A stretch of DNA of 64,000 nucleotides from an uncultured Bacillota bacterium (GTDB lineage: Bacteria > Bacillota > Clostridia > Christensenellales > UBA1242), in assembly GCA_900551705.1 (NCBI GenBank), contig URWY01000004.1, positions 15-64,014 of the forward strand. The letters are read 5' to 3'. Positions within the stretch are counted from its first letter, which is position 1. Each line of letters opens with the position of its first letter. The position numbers and the translations under genes are program-made. Below the pieces are notes generated by a model. It made no database searches. It was given only the letters and a program-made list of their open reading frames with translations, and had not been told where the DNA came from. Below are positions 29,258 through 38,342 of this stretch, in pieces.

Positions 29258-29273
29258 TGTTTCACGTGAAACA
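29258..29273. promoter_or_regulatory. parS site 3
   Basis: Identical TGTTTCACGTGAAACA, 37 bp after site 2 and 5 bp from the parB stop. Confidence 0.85.
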
Positions 29274-29278
29274 TTTTT

Positions 29279-30235
29279 TTACTTTCTTTTATTAAATGCA
29301 CTTAAATCTTGCAATGTTAAAGTCTTTTTATTAATTAATGCTAACAACTCACTTATTCTATCTAAATCATCTTTTGAATAGTAGTCAATATATATCCTAC
29401 CTTTGTTATCATTACCAATAGCAGACACTTTTGTGGCAAATATTTTTTGCATTTCATTAATCATATCTTTTAATTCAATGCTTTGTTCAGATTTTGGTCT
29501 TTCTTTTGAAGGGTGGTTAATGTTTTTAACTAACTTTTCGATATCTCTTACTGATAATTTTTTATTAACTGCAACAGTTGCGATCTTAATTTGTTCGATT
29601 GGATCGGTGAGTGCGACCAATATTTTAGCATGACCAGCAGATAATTTATTCGTTTCAATCATATCTACTACTTCATTTGGCAAAGTAAGCAATCTAACGG
29701 TATTTGCAATTACTGAACGGCTTTTACCAATTCGTTCTGATACCGCTTCTTGTGTTAACTTATATTCTTCCATTAATTGCTTGATTGCTTTTGCGGCTTC
29801 TATTGGATTTAAGTCTTCCCTTTGCAAGTTTTCAATAATCGATATTTCTTTAACTTGCTTTTCTGTAAATCTTCTAACATAAGCAGGGACGGTTTCAAGA
29901 CCAGCGATTTTTGCTGCACGCCAACGGCGTTCACCGGCAATAATCATGTATTTACCATCTTCGGCTTCATTTAAAACAATAGGTTGAATTATTCCATGAA
30001 CTTTAATTGATGACGCTAACTCATTTAAGGCTGTTTCATCAAAGTGTTTACGAGGTTGGTTTGGGTTAGGAACTATATCGTTGATATTTATTTCATTCAA
30101 ACCTTTAATTTCTTTTACAGTTGGATTTTGAGTTGCAGTCTGTTTAATTTCTTCTTGGTTATTTTCCAATTCATCTTCTTCATCATAAATTGATAATAGG
30201 GCATTTATACCTCTTCCGAGTCCTTTCTTAATCAT
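29279..30235 (-). CDS. parB: Chromosome partitioning protein ParB/Spo0J
   Basis: ParB box GERRWRAAK and HTH LTQEAVSERIGKSRSVIANTVRLL. Overlaps parA by 8 nt. Confidence 0.9.
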   Translation of the reverse strand: MIKKGLGRGINALLSIYDEEDELENNQEEIKQTATQNPTVKEIKGLNEININDIVPNPNQPRKHFDETALNELASSIKVHGIIQPIVLNEAEDGKYMIIAGERRWRAAKIAGLETVPAYVRRFTEKQVKEISIIENLQREDLNPIEAAKAIKQLMEEYKLTQEAVSERIGKSRSVIANTVRLLTLPNEVVDMIETNKLSAGHAKILVALTDPIEQIKIATVAVNKKLSVRDIEKLVKNINHPSKERPKSEQSIELKDMINEMQKIFATKVSAIGNDNKGRIYIDYYSKDDLDRISELLALINKKTLTLQDLSAFNKRK

Positions 30236-31049
30236 TGTTTTCTCCTTCGTCTATTTTAATTTTTGTTGTAGCGTTTTCATATTTCATGTTATTGCGCTTC
30301 AATATTTCTTCTGCTAATGCTAAGTATGCTTTTGCACCCTTTGATGAACTATCATACGCTCCAATAGGGACGCCATGACTTGGGGCTTCTGCAAGCCTTA
30401 CATTTCTAGGTATTGCGGTTGTGAAGACTTTTTTACCAAAGAAAGTTGTAATCTCGTTGCTTACTTGATTTATCAAATTGCTGCGAGAATCTTTCATTGT
30501 CAAAACAACACCTTCAACATCTAAATTTGGATTTAAATGTTTTTTAACCAATTTGATAGTATTCATAAGTTGAGTTAGCCCTTCAAGAGCATAGAACTCA
30601 CATTGAATTGGAATTACAATCGCATCAGAAGCGGTGAGAGCATTTACTGTCAACAAGCCCAAAGAAGGTGGGCAGTCGATTACGATAAAATCATAATTAT
30701 CACGGACTCTGTTAAGTCTATTTTTTACTATATGTTCTCTATTTGGCATTTGAACTAAATCAATTTCTGCTCCTGCTAAATCAACTGTGGCAGGTATTAC
30801 ATCTAAATTTTTGATTGCAGAATGCAAAATAACTTCTTCGATGTAAGCATCTCCATCAATTACATTATAAATTGTTTTAGTTGAAGAACTTTTATCTACC
30901 CCTAAGCCGCTGGTTGCATTTCCTTGTGGATCCATATCTAAAAGCAAAACTTTTTTGCCCATTGAAGCAAGGTATGCAGCGACATTTACGCAAGTTGTGG
31001 TTTTACCAACTCCGCCTTTTTGATTTGCAAATGAAAGTATTTTTCCCAT
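30228..31049 (-). CDS. parA: Chromosome partitioning ATPase ParA/Soj
   Basis: Deviant Walker A NQKGGVGKTTT and MDPQGNAT. Confidence 0.9.
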   Translation of the reverse strand: MGKILSFANQKGGVGKTTTCVNVAAYLASMGKKVLLLDMDPQGNATSGLGVDKSSSTKTIYNVIDGDAYIEEVILHSAIKNLDVIPATVDLAGAEIDLVQMPNREHIVKNRLNRVRDNYDFIVIDCPPSLGLLTVNALTASDAIVIPIQCEFYALEGLTQLMNTIKLVKKHLNPNLDVEGVVLTMKDSRSNLINQVSNEITTFFGKKVFTTAIPRNVRLAEAPSHGVPIGAYDSSSKGAKAYLALAEEILKRNNMKYENATTKIKIDEGENND

Positions 31050-31162
31050 TGTGTACCTCTTTAATTAATTTATATAATATATATAGTATATATTAACATA
31101 ATACATATATAAAAACAAGAATTTTTGAAAATTTTAATCAAAAAAATTGCATAAAATAATAA

Positions 31163-31190
31163 AAGGCGCTAAATTATTTTTTTGCGCCTT
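31163..31190 (-). terminator. Terminator after rsmG
   Basis: Stem AAGGCGC/GCGCCTT, with a T-rich run downstream on the minus strand. Overlaps the rsmG stop. Confidence 0.55.
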
Positions 31191-31884
31191 ATTTACTATT
31201 TTTTATTTGTTTGGTTGGTCTTGGGTATTTTTTAGGTGTTTCTTTTATCTTTTCTATAATTACTAATTTCCTAAAATTTTCGACAATATTATAATCAATA
31301 ACTTTTGAAATTTTGCCGCCTAGTTCGCAAATTATTTGTTTTGCTTCGTTTATTTCTTCTTCGCAATTCCCAGACTTATATGCTATAAATTGGCCGCCTA
31401 CTTTAACAAAAGGAAGACAATATTCGCTTAATACTTTTAGATTTGCAACCGCTCTGGCGGTGGTAATATCAAATTTTTCACGATAGTCATTAATTTTTGC
31501 AAAATCTTCCGCTCTGCCGTGCATTGCTTCAATATTTTTTAAATTTAGAGTTTGTATTGTATTATTTAAAAAGTTTATGCGTTTATTTAAACTATCTAAC
31601 AAAGTGAAGGAAAGGTCATCTCTAACTAATTTTAATGGAATTGAAGGAAATCCTGCGCCAGCGCCAATATCCAAAACTTTTGCGTTTAATGAAAAATATT
31701 TTTGTGGAAAAATACTATCATAAAAATGTTTTTCAACAACGCCATCTTCGTCAGTTATTGCCGTCAGATTGCAAATTTTATTGCCTTCTATAAGCAAATT
31801 ATAATACTTAACAAAATTATCCACAATTTGCTTTGTTGGTTGAATTTCTGACTTTAATAAAATTTGTTCAATTTTTTTTTCCAT
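31189..31884 (-). CDS. rsmG: 16S rRNA (guanine527-N7)-methyltransferase
   Basis: DIGAGAGFPSIPLK motif. Position between mnmG and parA. Confidence 0.9.
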   Translation of the reverse strand: MEKKIEQILLKSEIQPTKQIVDNFVKYYNLLIEGNKICNLTAITDEDGVVEKHFYDSIFPQKYFSLNAKVLDIGAGAGFPSIPLKLVRDDLSFTLLDSLNKRINFLNNTIQTLNLKNIEAMHGRAEDFAKINDYREKFDITTARAVANLKVLSEYCLPFVKVGGQFIAYKSGNCEEEINEAKQIICELGGKISKVIDYNIVENFRKLVIIEKIKETPKKYPRPTKQIKNSK

Positions 31885-31887
31885 GTT

Positions 31888-33765
31888 TTAACCTTTATAT
31901 GATTTTAGATAGATTGATAAAACTGTAATATCAGCAGGGGATACACCTGAAATTCTTGAAGCCATACCCAAAGTTTCTGGTCTGATTTTTGATAGTTTTT
32001 GCCTTGCTTCAATTCTTAAACTTTTTACTTTATCGTAGTCAATCTCTTCTGGTATTTTTGTTTGTTCTTGCTTTCTTAACTTTTCAATTTCATCATTCTG
32101 TTGGTTGATATATCCTTCGTATTTTACTTCGGTGTTAATAATGTCTAAGAACATTTCTTCATCGCCTTCAAAAATTGAAGGATAATGTTTTTTAATATCA
32201 AAAATAGTGATGTTATTTCTCTTTAATAAATCTTTAATTCTCATTGAACTATCTGGAATTGTTTCTCCACATTCATTTAATAAATTTACTAAAATTTCAT
32301 CTTTTTTTAATAAAATTGCTAATTTTTCGCGTATTTTTTGCAATTTTTCGCGTTTTTTTATAAATTTTTGATATTTTTCGTCAGTTACAAGACCAATAGT
32401 TCTTCCAATAGGTGTTAATCTTTCGTCCGCATTATCTTGCCTTAAAACAAGTCTAAACTCGGCTCTTGATGTCATCATTCTGTAAGGTTCGTTTGTTCCT
32501 TTTGTGATTAAATCGTCAATCAAAACTCCGATATAACTTTGCTCACGACCTAAAACAAGTGGCTCCTTATTATCCAATTTTTGGTTTGCGTTAATGCCAG
32601 CAATTATACCTTGCGCTGCGGCTTCTTCATAACCACTTGTGCCGTTGATTTGTCCAGCAAAGAAAAGTCCATCAATAAATTTGCTTTCAAGTGAAGATTT
32701 TAATGTTTGACTGTCGATTGCGTCGTATTCGATTGCGTAGGCATAACGCATTATTTGAGCATTTTCAAGTCCTTTAATTGAATGATAAAGTTGTTTTTGA
32801 ACATCAAATGGAAGTGATGTGCTACAACCTTGCACATATATTTCATTTGTGGAAAGTGCTTCTGGTTCTAAAAATAATTGGTGACGCTCTCTGTCTGGGA
32901 AACGAACAACCTTATCTTCGATTGAAGGGCAATATCTAGGACCAATACCATGAATTAAGCCAGAATACAAAGGTGCACGATGAATGTTATCTCTTATAAT
33001 CTTGTGAGTTGTTAGATTTGTGTATGTCACATAGCAAGGATAGTCATTTAAAATTTTGTCCGTATTATCAAACGAAAAATGTTGAATGTTTTTCTCTCCG
33101 CCCTGGATTTCAAGTCCTGAAAAATCTATTGTTCGAGAATTAATTCTTGCAGGTGTGCCGGTTTTAAATCTTCTAAGTTCATGACCTAATTTGATTAAAC
33201 TATCTGATAATTCTTCGGCGCGAGCGTAACCGTTTGGTCCGCTATCTTTCATGTAATTTCCGATAATGATTTGACTTTTAAGATAAACGCCAGTTGCGAC
33301 AACAACAACTTTTGCAGACAAATTTTCGCCAAGAGCGGTTCTAACTCCGACAATTTTGTTGTTTTCTGCATAAATTTCAACAATTTCTGCTTGTTTTATC
33401 GTGATATTTTCATTTTCTTCAAGAACTTTCTTCATTCTCTCGTGATATTTGTTTTTATCAACTTGAGCACGCAAACTATGAACAGCAGGCCCTTTGCCTT
33501 GATTTAACATTCTGAGTTGAAGCATTGTTGCATCTGCGTTTTTACCCATTTCGCCACCAAGAGCATCAATTTCGCAAACAAGATGTCCTTTTGCAGTTCC
33601 GCCGATTGAAGGATTGCATGCCAAAAAAGCGATAGCATCAAGGCTAATCGTTGTTAAACATGTTTTTTTTCCAAGGCGCGCAAGAGCGAGTGCTGCTTCG
33701 CAACCAGCATGACCAGCGCCAATGACAACTGCATCAAAATTATCGTCAAAATTAATTTTTTCCAT
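31888..33765 (-). CDS. mnmG: tRNA uridine 5-carboxymethylaminomethyl modification enzyme MnmG (GidA)
   Basis: FAD motif FDAVVIGAGHAGCEAALALARLG, 625 aa, conserved GidA blocks. Confidence 0.95.
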   Translation of the reverse strand: MEKINFDDNFDAVVIGAGHAGCEAALALARLGKKTCLTTISLDAIAFLACNPSIGGTAKGHLVCEIDALGGEMGKNADATMLQLRMLNQGKGPAVHSLRAQVDKNKYHERMKKVLEENENITIKQAEIVEIYAENNKIVGVRTALGENLSAKVVVVATGVYLKSQIIIGNYMKDSGPNGYARAEELSDSLIKLGHELRRFKTGTPARINSRTIDFSGLEIQGGEKNIQHFSFDNTDKILNDYPCYVTYTNLTTHKIIRDNIHRAPLYSGLIHGIGPRYCPSIEDKVVRFPDRERHQLFLEPEALSTNEIYVQGCSTSLPFDVQKQLYHSIKGLENAQIMRYAYAIEYDAIDSQTLKSSLESKFIDGLFFAGQINGTSGYEEAAAQGIIAGINANQKLDNKEPLVLGREQSYIGVLIDDLITKGTNEPYRMMTSRAEFRLVLRQDNADERLTPIGRTIGLVTDEKYQKFIKKREKLQKIREKLAILLKKDEILVNLLNECGETIPDSSMRIKDLLKRNNITIFDIKKHYPSIFEGDEEMFLDIINTEVKYEGYINQQNDEIEKLRKQEQTKIPEEIDYDKVKSLRIEARQKLSKIRPETLGMASRISGVSPADITVLSIYLKSYKG

Positions 33766-33771
33766 ATTTTA

Positions 33772-35103
33772 TTATTTCCCCAAACAGAACTTAGAAAATA
33801 CTAAGTCTATTATTTTTTCGTCTTCTGTTGTTCCTGAAATTTTTCCAAGTTCTTTCCAAACATCTTTTAATATAAAAGCTTCAATATCTAAATTAACTCT
33901 TTGATCATTCAAAGCGTTTTCAATTTTTTGTTTTGTATTTTGCAAAATAGAAAGATGTCTTTCATTTGTTAAAACAAGTTTTGAAAAATCTATTTTCCCT
34001 GAAATTGTTTTTTCAATAATTTGCTTTTTGATTTCGGAAATATTTTCGTTGTTTTTTGCGCATATTTCTATATAATCAAAATCAAATTTTTTATTTTTTA
34101 TATCGCTCTTATTTCCAACAATAATATGAAGACGATTTTTTAAGTTTTCAATCATTTCAATTTCATCTTGTTTTAATTTTCTAGATAAATCTAAAACAAG
34201 CAAAACGATGTCTGCATTTTTGATTTCTTGATTTGTTTTTTCAATGCCAATTTTTTCAACAACATCGTCACTTTCTCTTAAACCTGCTGTGTCTATTAAA
34301 TTAACAGTTACGCCATCAATAAAAATCTTTTCCTTGATTGTATCTCTCGTTGTGCCTTCAATGTTTGTTACAATAGCACGTTCTTCACCGAGCAAAGCAT
34401 TTAATAAACTTGATTTTCCAACATTAGTTTTTCCAACAATCGCAACATTAACGCCACTTTTTATTAAATTGGAATTTTTACTATTTTCTAAAATTTCATT
34501 AATTTCAAAATCAAGTTTCTTAAGCAAACCTTCACTTTTTTCAAAAAGTTGTTCTTCTTCAACATCGTCTGGATAATCTAAATTTGCTTCAATTTCAGCA
34601 AGTAAATCTGTTATTTTATTTTGCATTTCAACAACTTTTTCGGTCAGTTTTCCAGATTGTAAAATTTCTGCCGCTTTGAGTTGTGTGTCGCTTTCTGCAA
34701 GAATAAGTTCAGAAATTCCTTCTGCTTCGTCAAGAGAAATTTTACCATTTAAAAATGCGCGTTTTGAAAACTCGCCAGGTTCTGCAAGAGAGCATTTTGT
34801 AAGCAAACTTTTTAATATTTTTTGAGCGAGAAGTTGCCCGCCGTGAAATTGAAATTCAACAACATCTTCGCCAGTAAAAGAAAATGGTGCTTTGAAATAA
34901 ACCATCAAAACTTGGTCTTTGACTTCATCGGATATAAAATTGCCGAGATATAAATATCTTGGTTTGATATTTTCAAAATCTATATGTTTTGAAACAAAAA
35001 AATTTTTGGCAATGTTCAAACTGTCATTGCCACTTATTCTAATTATTGAAATTCCGCCTGTTCCAATTGGAGTTGCAAGCGCACATATTGTTTTTTCTTT
35101 CAT
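33772..35103 (-). CDS. mnmE: tRNA modification GTPase MnmE (TrmE)
   Basis: G-domain GKTNVGKSSLLNAL, DTAGLR, and C-terminal FCLGK. Confidence 0.95.
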   Translation of the reverse strand: MKEKTICALATPIGTGGISIIRISGNDSLNIAKNFFVSKHIDFENIKPRYLYLGNFISDEVKDQVLMVYFKAPFSFTGEDVVEFQFHGGQLLAQKILKSLLTKCSLAEPGEFSKRAFLNGKISLDEAEGISELILAESDTQLKAAEILQSGKLTEKVVEMQNKITDLLAEIEANLDYPDDVEEEQLFEKSEGLLKKLDFEINEILENSKNSNLIKSGVNVAIVGKTNVGKSSLLNALLGEERAIVTNIEGTTRDTIKEKIFIDGVTVNLIDTAGLRESDDVVEKIGIEKTNQEIKNADIVLLVLDLSRKLKQDEIEMIENLKNRLHIIVGNKSDIKNKKFDFDYIEICAKNNENISEIKKQIIEKTISGKIDFSKLVLTNERHLSILQNTKQKIENALNDQRVNLDIEAFILKDVWKELGKISGTTEDEKIIDLVFSKFCLGK

Positions 35104-35151
35104 TTCGCAAGTAGTATATCACAAAAATATTGTATTGCAATAATTAAATTA

Positions 35152-35883
35152 TTAATTTTCTAAAAGTCTTACTTTTTTAAGTTTAATAGAATCAATATTC
35201 ATATATGAGAGTCCTACACTTCGCATACCACCAACTTGGCTTGTCTCAATTTGTTTTTCGTCTGAGTCTAAAAGTTTTTCGCCACTGACAACAAATATAT
35301 CTTCATCGTTTGATTTTTCTGTTAATGTAATATTGAACAAAATTTCGTCTTTGATGTTTGAATAAAATGAAACTTGCAAAATATAATCGCCGGTTTTTTC
35401 AATCACTTTTGAATTCTCATTTGAAGTGTTTTCTTTATTTGAGTTTTCGCCAGTTTTTTGAGAGTGTCCAACCATTAAACCTTTTTCATATTTTCTAAAA
35501 GAAACAACAACTTGACTGAGTGGGTTGTTCTCTAAATTATTAATTACAAACGCCCAATCGAAACATTTATCTGTTTCAATTTCTGCTGGTTTAATTTCAA
35601 AAACAAGTTCAGATGTTAAGCCTCTATCCACCCAAACAGAATTCTTATTTTCTTTTCCAAAATAACAAACTGGTCCAATATTATCTTTTGATTTTATAAG
35701 AGATATTGTTTTGTCATTATTATCTTGAATTGTTCCAAAACTTGTAAAAGTGGAATTGTTGCCTTTTGAAAAATCATTTTCAAAAATAACAGGGCGCGAG
35801 TCCTTTTGCGAACACGCAGAAAAAATAACTGAAAATAATAACAACATACAAAAAAAAGCGAAAATAGTTTTAGTTTTAGACAT
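35152..35883 (-). CDS. Lipoprotein, function unknown
   Basis: Signal peptide with lipobox VIFSAC. Clean ORF. Confidence 0.7.
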   Translation of the reverse strand: MSKTKTIFAFFCMLLLFSVIFSACSQKDSRPVIFENDFSKGNNSTFTSFGTIQDNNDKTISLIKSKDNIGPVCYFGKENKNSVWVDRGLTSELVFEIKPAEIETDKCFDWAFVINNLENNPLSQVVVSFRKYEKGLMVGHSQKTGENSNKENTSNENSKVIEKTGDYILQVSFYSNIKDEILFNITLTEKSNDEDIFVVSGEKLLDSDEKQIETSQVGGMRSVGLSYMNIDSIKLKKVRLLEN

Positions 35884-35921
35884 AAAATTCTCCGCTTTAA
35901 TTATTTACTTTTATATGTAAT

Positions 35922-36377
35922 TTATTCAACTACGATTGAAATTGTTTTTGTTATGTATTCAAATTCGTCATAAATTTTAAGTGAATATGTTCCTGTTTTA
36001 TTAAACTTCAAATAAAAATTTGTAAATGCAAAATTAACAATTTCTATTTCGTTTGAATTTGATATTTCATAACGAATTGATTGCTTTTCATAAAGTTTAT
36101 CGCCTTCATAAATCTTGACACTAAAATTTACAACATTGTATTTATCATCACTGGAAAGTTTTAAAGTAATTTTATTGTTTTCAAAGTCATAATTTATATT
36201 TTCAAAATTGTTTTGTTTTTCAAATTTAAATTTTCTTGATGTTTCAATTGTTGTTTCAGAACTTGGTTTGCTTGAACTTTCAGACTTAGCAGGAGTGTCT
36301 TTTTTACAACCTGCAAAAATCATTGGAACAATAGACAAAGCAACAACTAACAGAAAACAAATCACAAACTTTTTCAT
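35922..36377 (-). CDS. Small lipoprotein, function unknown
   Basis: Start set at MKKFVICF (ATG 36377). Lipobox MIFAGC. Confidence 0.7.
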   Translation of the reverse strand: MKKFVICFLLVVALSIVPMIFAGCKKDTPAKSESSSKPSSETTIETSRKFKFEKQNNFENINYDFENNKITLKLSSDDKYNVVNFSVKIYEGDKLYEKQSIRYEISNSNEIEIVNFAFTNFYLKFNKTGTYSLKIYDEFEYITKTISIVVE

Positions 36378-36458
36378 ACTTACAAAGTATACTATTTTTT
36401 CAATTAAAAACAAACTAATTTCGACATAAAGCAACATTATAAAACAAGAAAATATAAT

Positions 36459-36487
36459 TTGACTTTATTTTATAAATAACATAAAAT
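36459..36487 (+). promoter_or_regulatory. sigma-A type promoter placing the TSS at or next to the ATG of 36494 (possible leaderless mRNA)
   Basis: TTGACT-17 nt-TAAAAT. The A of the ATG is 7 nt after the -10 element. No SD is present. Confidence 0.45.
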
Positions 36488-36493
36488 AGTCAC

Positions 36494-37177
36494 ATGACTA
36501 AGAAAAAAAGTTTGATTTTAATCGTTTTGTTGTTACTGCTTTCATTAGTTGGAATTGTAAGTTCCAACAATTTTGTTTGCTCAGCAGAATCTGAAACATA
36601 TCGGGTTTGCGTGACAGATTGCAATGTTTTTAAAGAGCCAAATTCGGCATTAGAAAATAACATTTTGGAAGTAAGAGAATACGGCTCAACAATAAAAATC
36701 AGTGCAATGGAAATCAACGATTTAAACGAAGGTTCAAATCTTAAATTTTATCCAGTTTTAGATAATGACGATTTTGTAATCGGATATGTTTTATGTAGTT
36801 CAGTTGTTAGTGATACAGAGCAAGAACTTTATGTAAAACTTCAACCAAACGCTAAACTAAATGCTGACAGTGAAATTTACAATCTTGTTGACGGCGAATA
36901 TCAAAAATTAAAAATCAATGGTCAAGAAATTACTTTAAGCAAAGACACAAAAATAAAACTGCTTGAAAAATATGATAAAAATAAAACATACTCACAAATA
37001 TCATTTTCTTACGAAAACGAAATTAGAACAGGGTATGTTTTAACAAAAAATATTCAAGTCAGCGGTTTTAATTATTACTTTTTAATTGCAATATTTTTAA
37101 TTGTTATAATTGCATCAACAGTGATACCTATTGTTGTTAAAAATTGGAAAAAGAACAAAAAATCAGCTGATAGATAA
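36494..37177 (+). CDS. Secreted protein with C-terminal TM anchor (possible SH3b-like domain)
   Basis: N-terminal signal peptide MTKKKSLILIVLLLLLSLVG, C-terminal hydrophobic segment then KNWKKNKK. 15-nt convergent overlap with veg. Confidence 0.7.
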   Translation: MTKKKSLILIVLLLLLSLVGIVSSNNFVCSAESETYRVCVTDCNVFKEPNSALENNILEVREYGSTIKISAMEINDLNEGSNLKFYPVLDNDDFVIGYVLCSSVVSDTEQELYVKLQPNAKLNADSEIYNLVDGEYQKLKINGQEITLSKDTKIKLLEKYDKNKTYSQISFSYENEIRTGYVLTKNIQVSGFNYYFLIAIFLIVIIASTVIPIVVKNWKKNKKSADR

Positions 37178-37405
37178 TATTTCCACATCTCCACATAAAA
37201 CATCAAAATAAGAAAATGTTTGTGTGTCTAATTGATTGATTTGGTCAACTTTAACTGTAAAAACACTCGGATAAATATTTTCAACTGTTGCCTGAAATCT
37301 ATCAATTTTTTTTCGTCCACGATTTATAGCAAGCGTGACATTAGCTCCTTTTAACGCTCTTATTTTATCTTTAACTTCGTTTAAACTCATTCCTAATTTT
37401 CTCAT
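37163..37405 (-). CDS. veg: Veg protein (biofilm/sporulation-associated small DNA-binding protein)
   Basis: ...NRGRKKIDRFQATVENIYPSVFTV... parallels B. subtilis Veg ([24 protein letters not shown]). Confidence 0.85.
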   Translation of the reverse strand: MRKLGMSLNEVKDKIRALKGANVTLAINRGRKKIDRFQATVENIYPSVFTVKVDQINQLDTQTFSYFDVLCGDVEILSIS

Positions 37406-37449
37406 AACAAAAATTCTCCTTTGAAAATTATTGTCATTAAAAAATGATT

Positions 37450-38241
37450 TTAAACAATAAACATACTAACTATTGAAAAGATAAAAAGGTATATAGAGAA
37501 ATAATAGTATTTTGCTTTTTCAACAATTTTAAGCATAAATTTTATAGAAAATATTCCAACAAGAAATGCCGAAACAAAAGCAACAAGAAGTGGAACAATT
37601 CCAATTTGACTCAGAGTTTGACTTGATGAAGTAAAAATAATTTCATATAGCATTGATGCAATTATAATAGGAATACTCATTAAAAACGAAAATTTAGCAC
37701 TCTCTTTTCTGCTTTCTCCAAGAAGTAACCCAGTGCAAATTGTTGAACCAGACCTTGAAATTCCTGGAATTGTTGCAAGCCCTTGTGCTATTCCCATGCC
37801 GAGTGAGGAAGTCCATTTTACAGTGCCGTTAAAGTCATTTTCATAACTTCTATCTTCAACTTTTTTGTTAGACAAAAGATAGGTTATCAATAATAAAATC
37901 GCCGTCATCATAAAACAAAATGGAAGCAAACTTGCGTTTTCAAATATATCTCCAAGTGCAAACTTAAACAAAAATACTATTGCGACTGTTGGTATTGTTG
38001 CGATATACAAATTGCACGCTTGTTTTGAAAATGGGTGTTTAATAAGTTGCCAAATATCTTTATAAAAAACAATAATAACTGCAAGCAAAGTGGCAAGATG
38101 TAAGATTATGCTTAGCAATAAAAAATCGCCCTCAACTCCGAAAATTTCATTAAGTAAAAATAAATGACCACTGCTTGACACTGGCAAAAATTCTGTTAAA
38201 CCTTGAACAATTCCTAAGATTAATGCAACTAAAATGCTCAT
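37450..38241 (-). CDS. uppP: Undecaprenyl-diphosphate phosphatase
   Basis: N-terminal GLTEFLPVSSSGHL and PGISRSGSTI motifs. Multi-TM. Confidence 0.9.
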   Translation of the reverse strand: MSILVALILGIVQGLTEFLPVSSSGHLFLLNEIFGVEGDFLLLSIILHLATLLAVIIVFYKDIWQLIKHPFSKQACNLYIATIPTVAIVFLFKFALGDIFENASLLPFCFMMTAILLLITYLLSNKKVEDRSYENDFNGTVKWTSSLGMGIAQGLATIPGISRSGSTICTGLLLGESRKESAKFSFLMSIPIIIASMLYEIIFTSSSQTLSQIGIVPLLVAFVSAFLVGIFSIKFMLKIVEKAKYYYFSIYLFIFSIVSMFIV

Positions 38242-38342
38242 TTCTCTTGCACAATTTTCCTTTTTGTAATATACCTATTTCAGAATATATGTTATGCAAT
38301 TTGTTTTAAATATATTTCAAATTAACAAACTAGGAGAAAAAT

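Noticed and set aside
38242-38342. Divergent uppP/ychF intergenic region as oriC
   Set aside because: No TTATNCACA-like boxes are visible. Only generic AT-rich promoter DNA is present.
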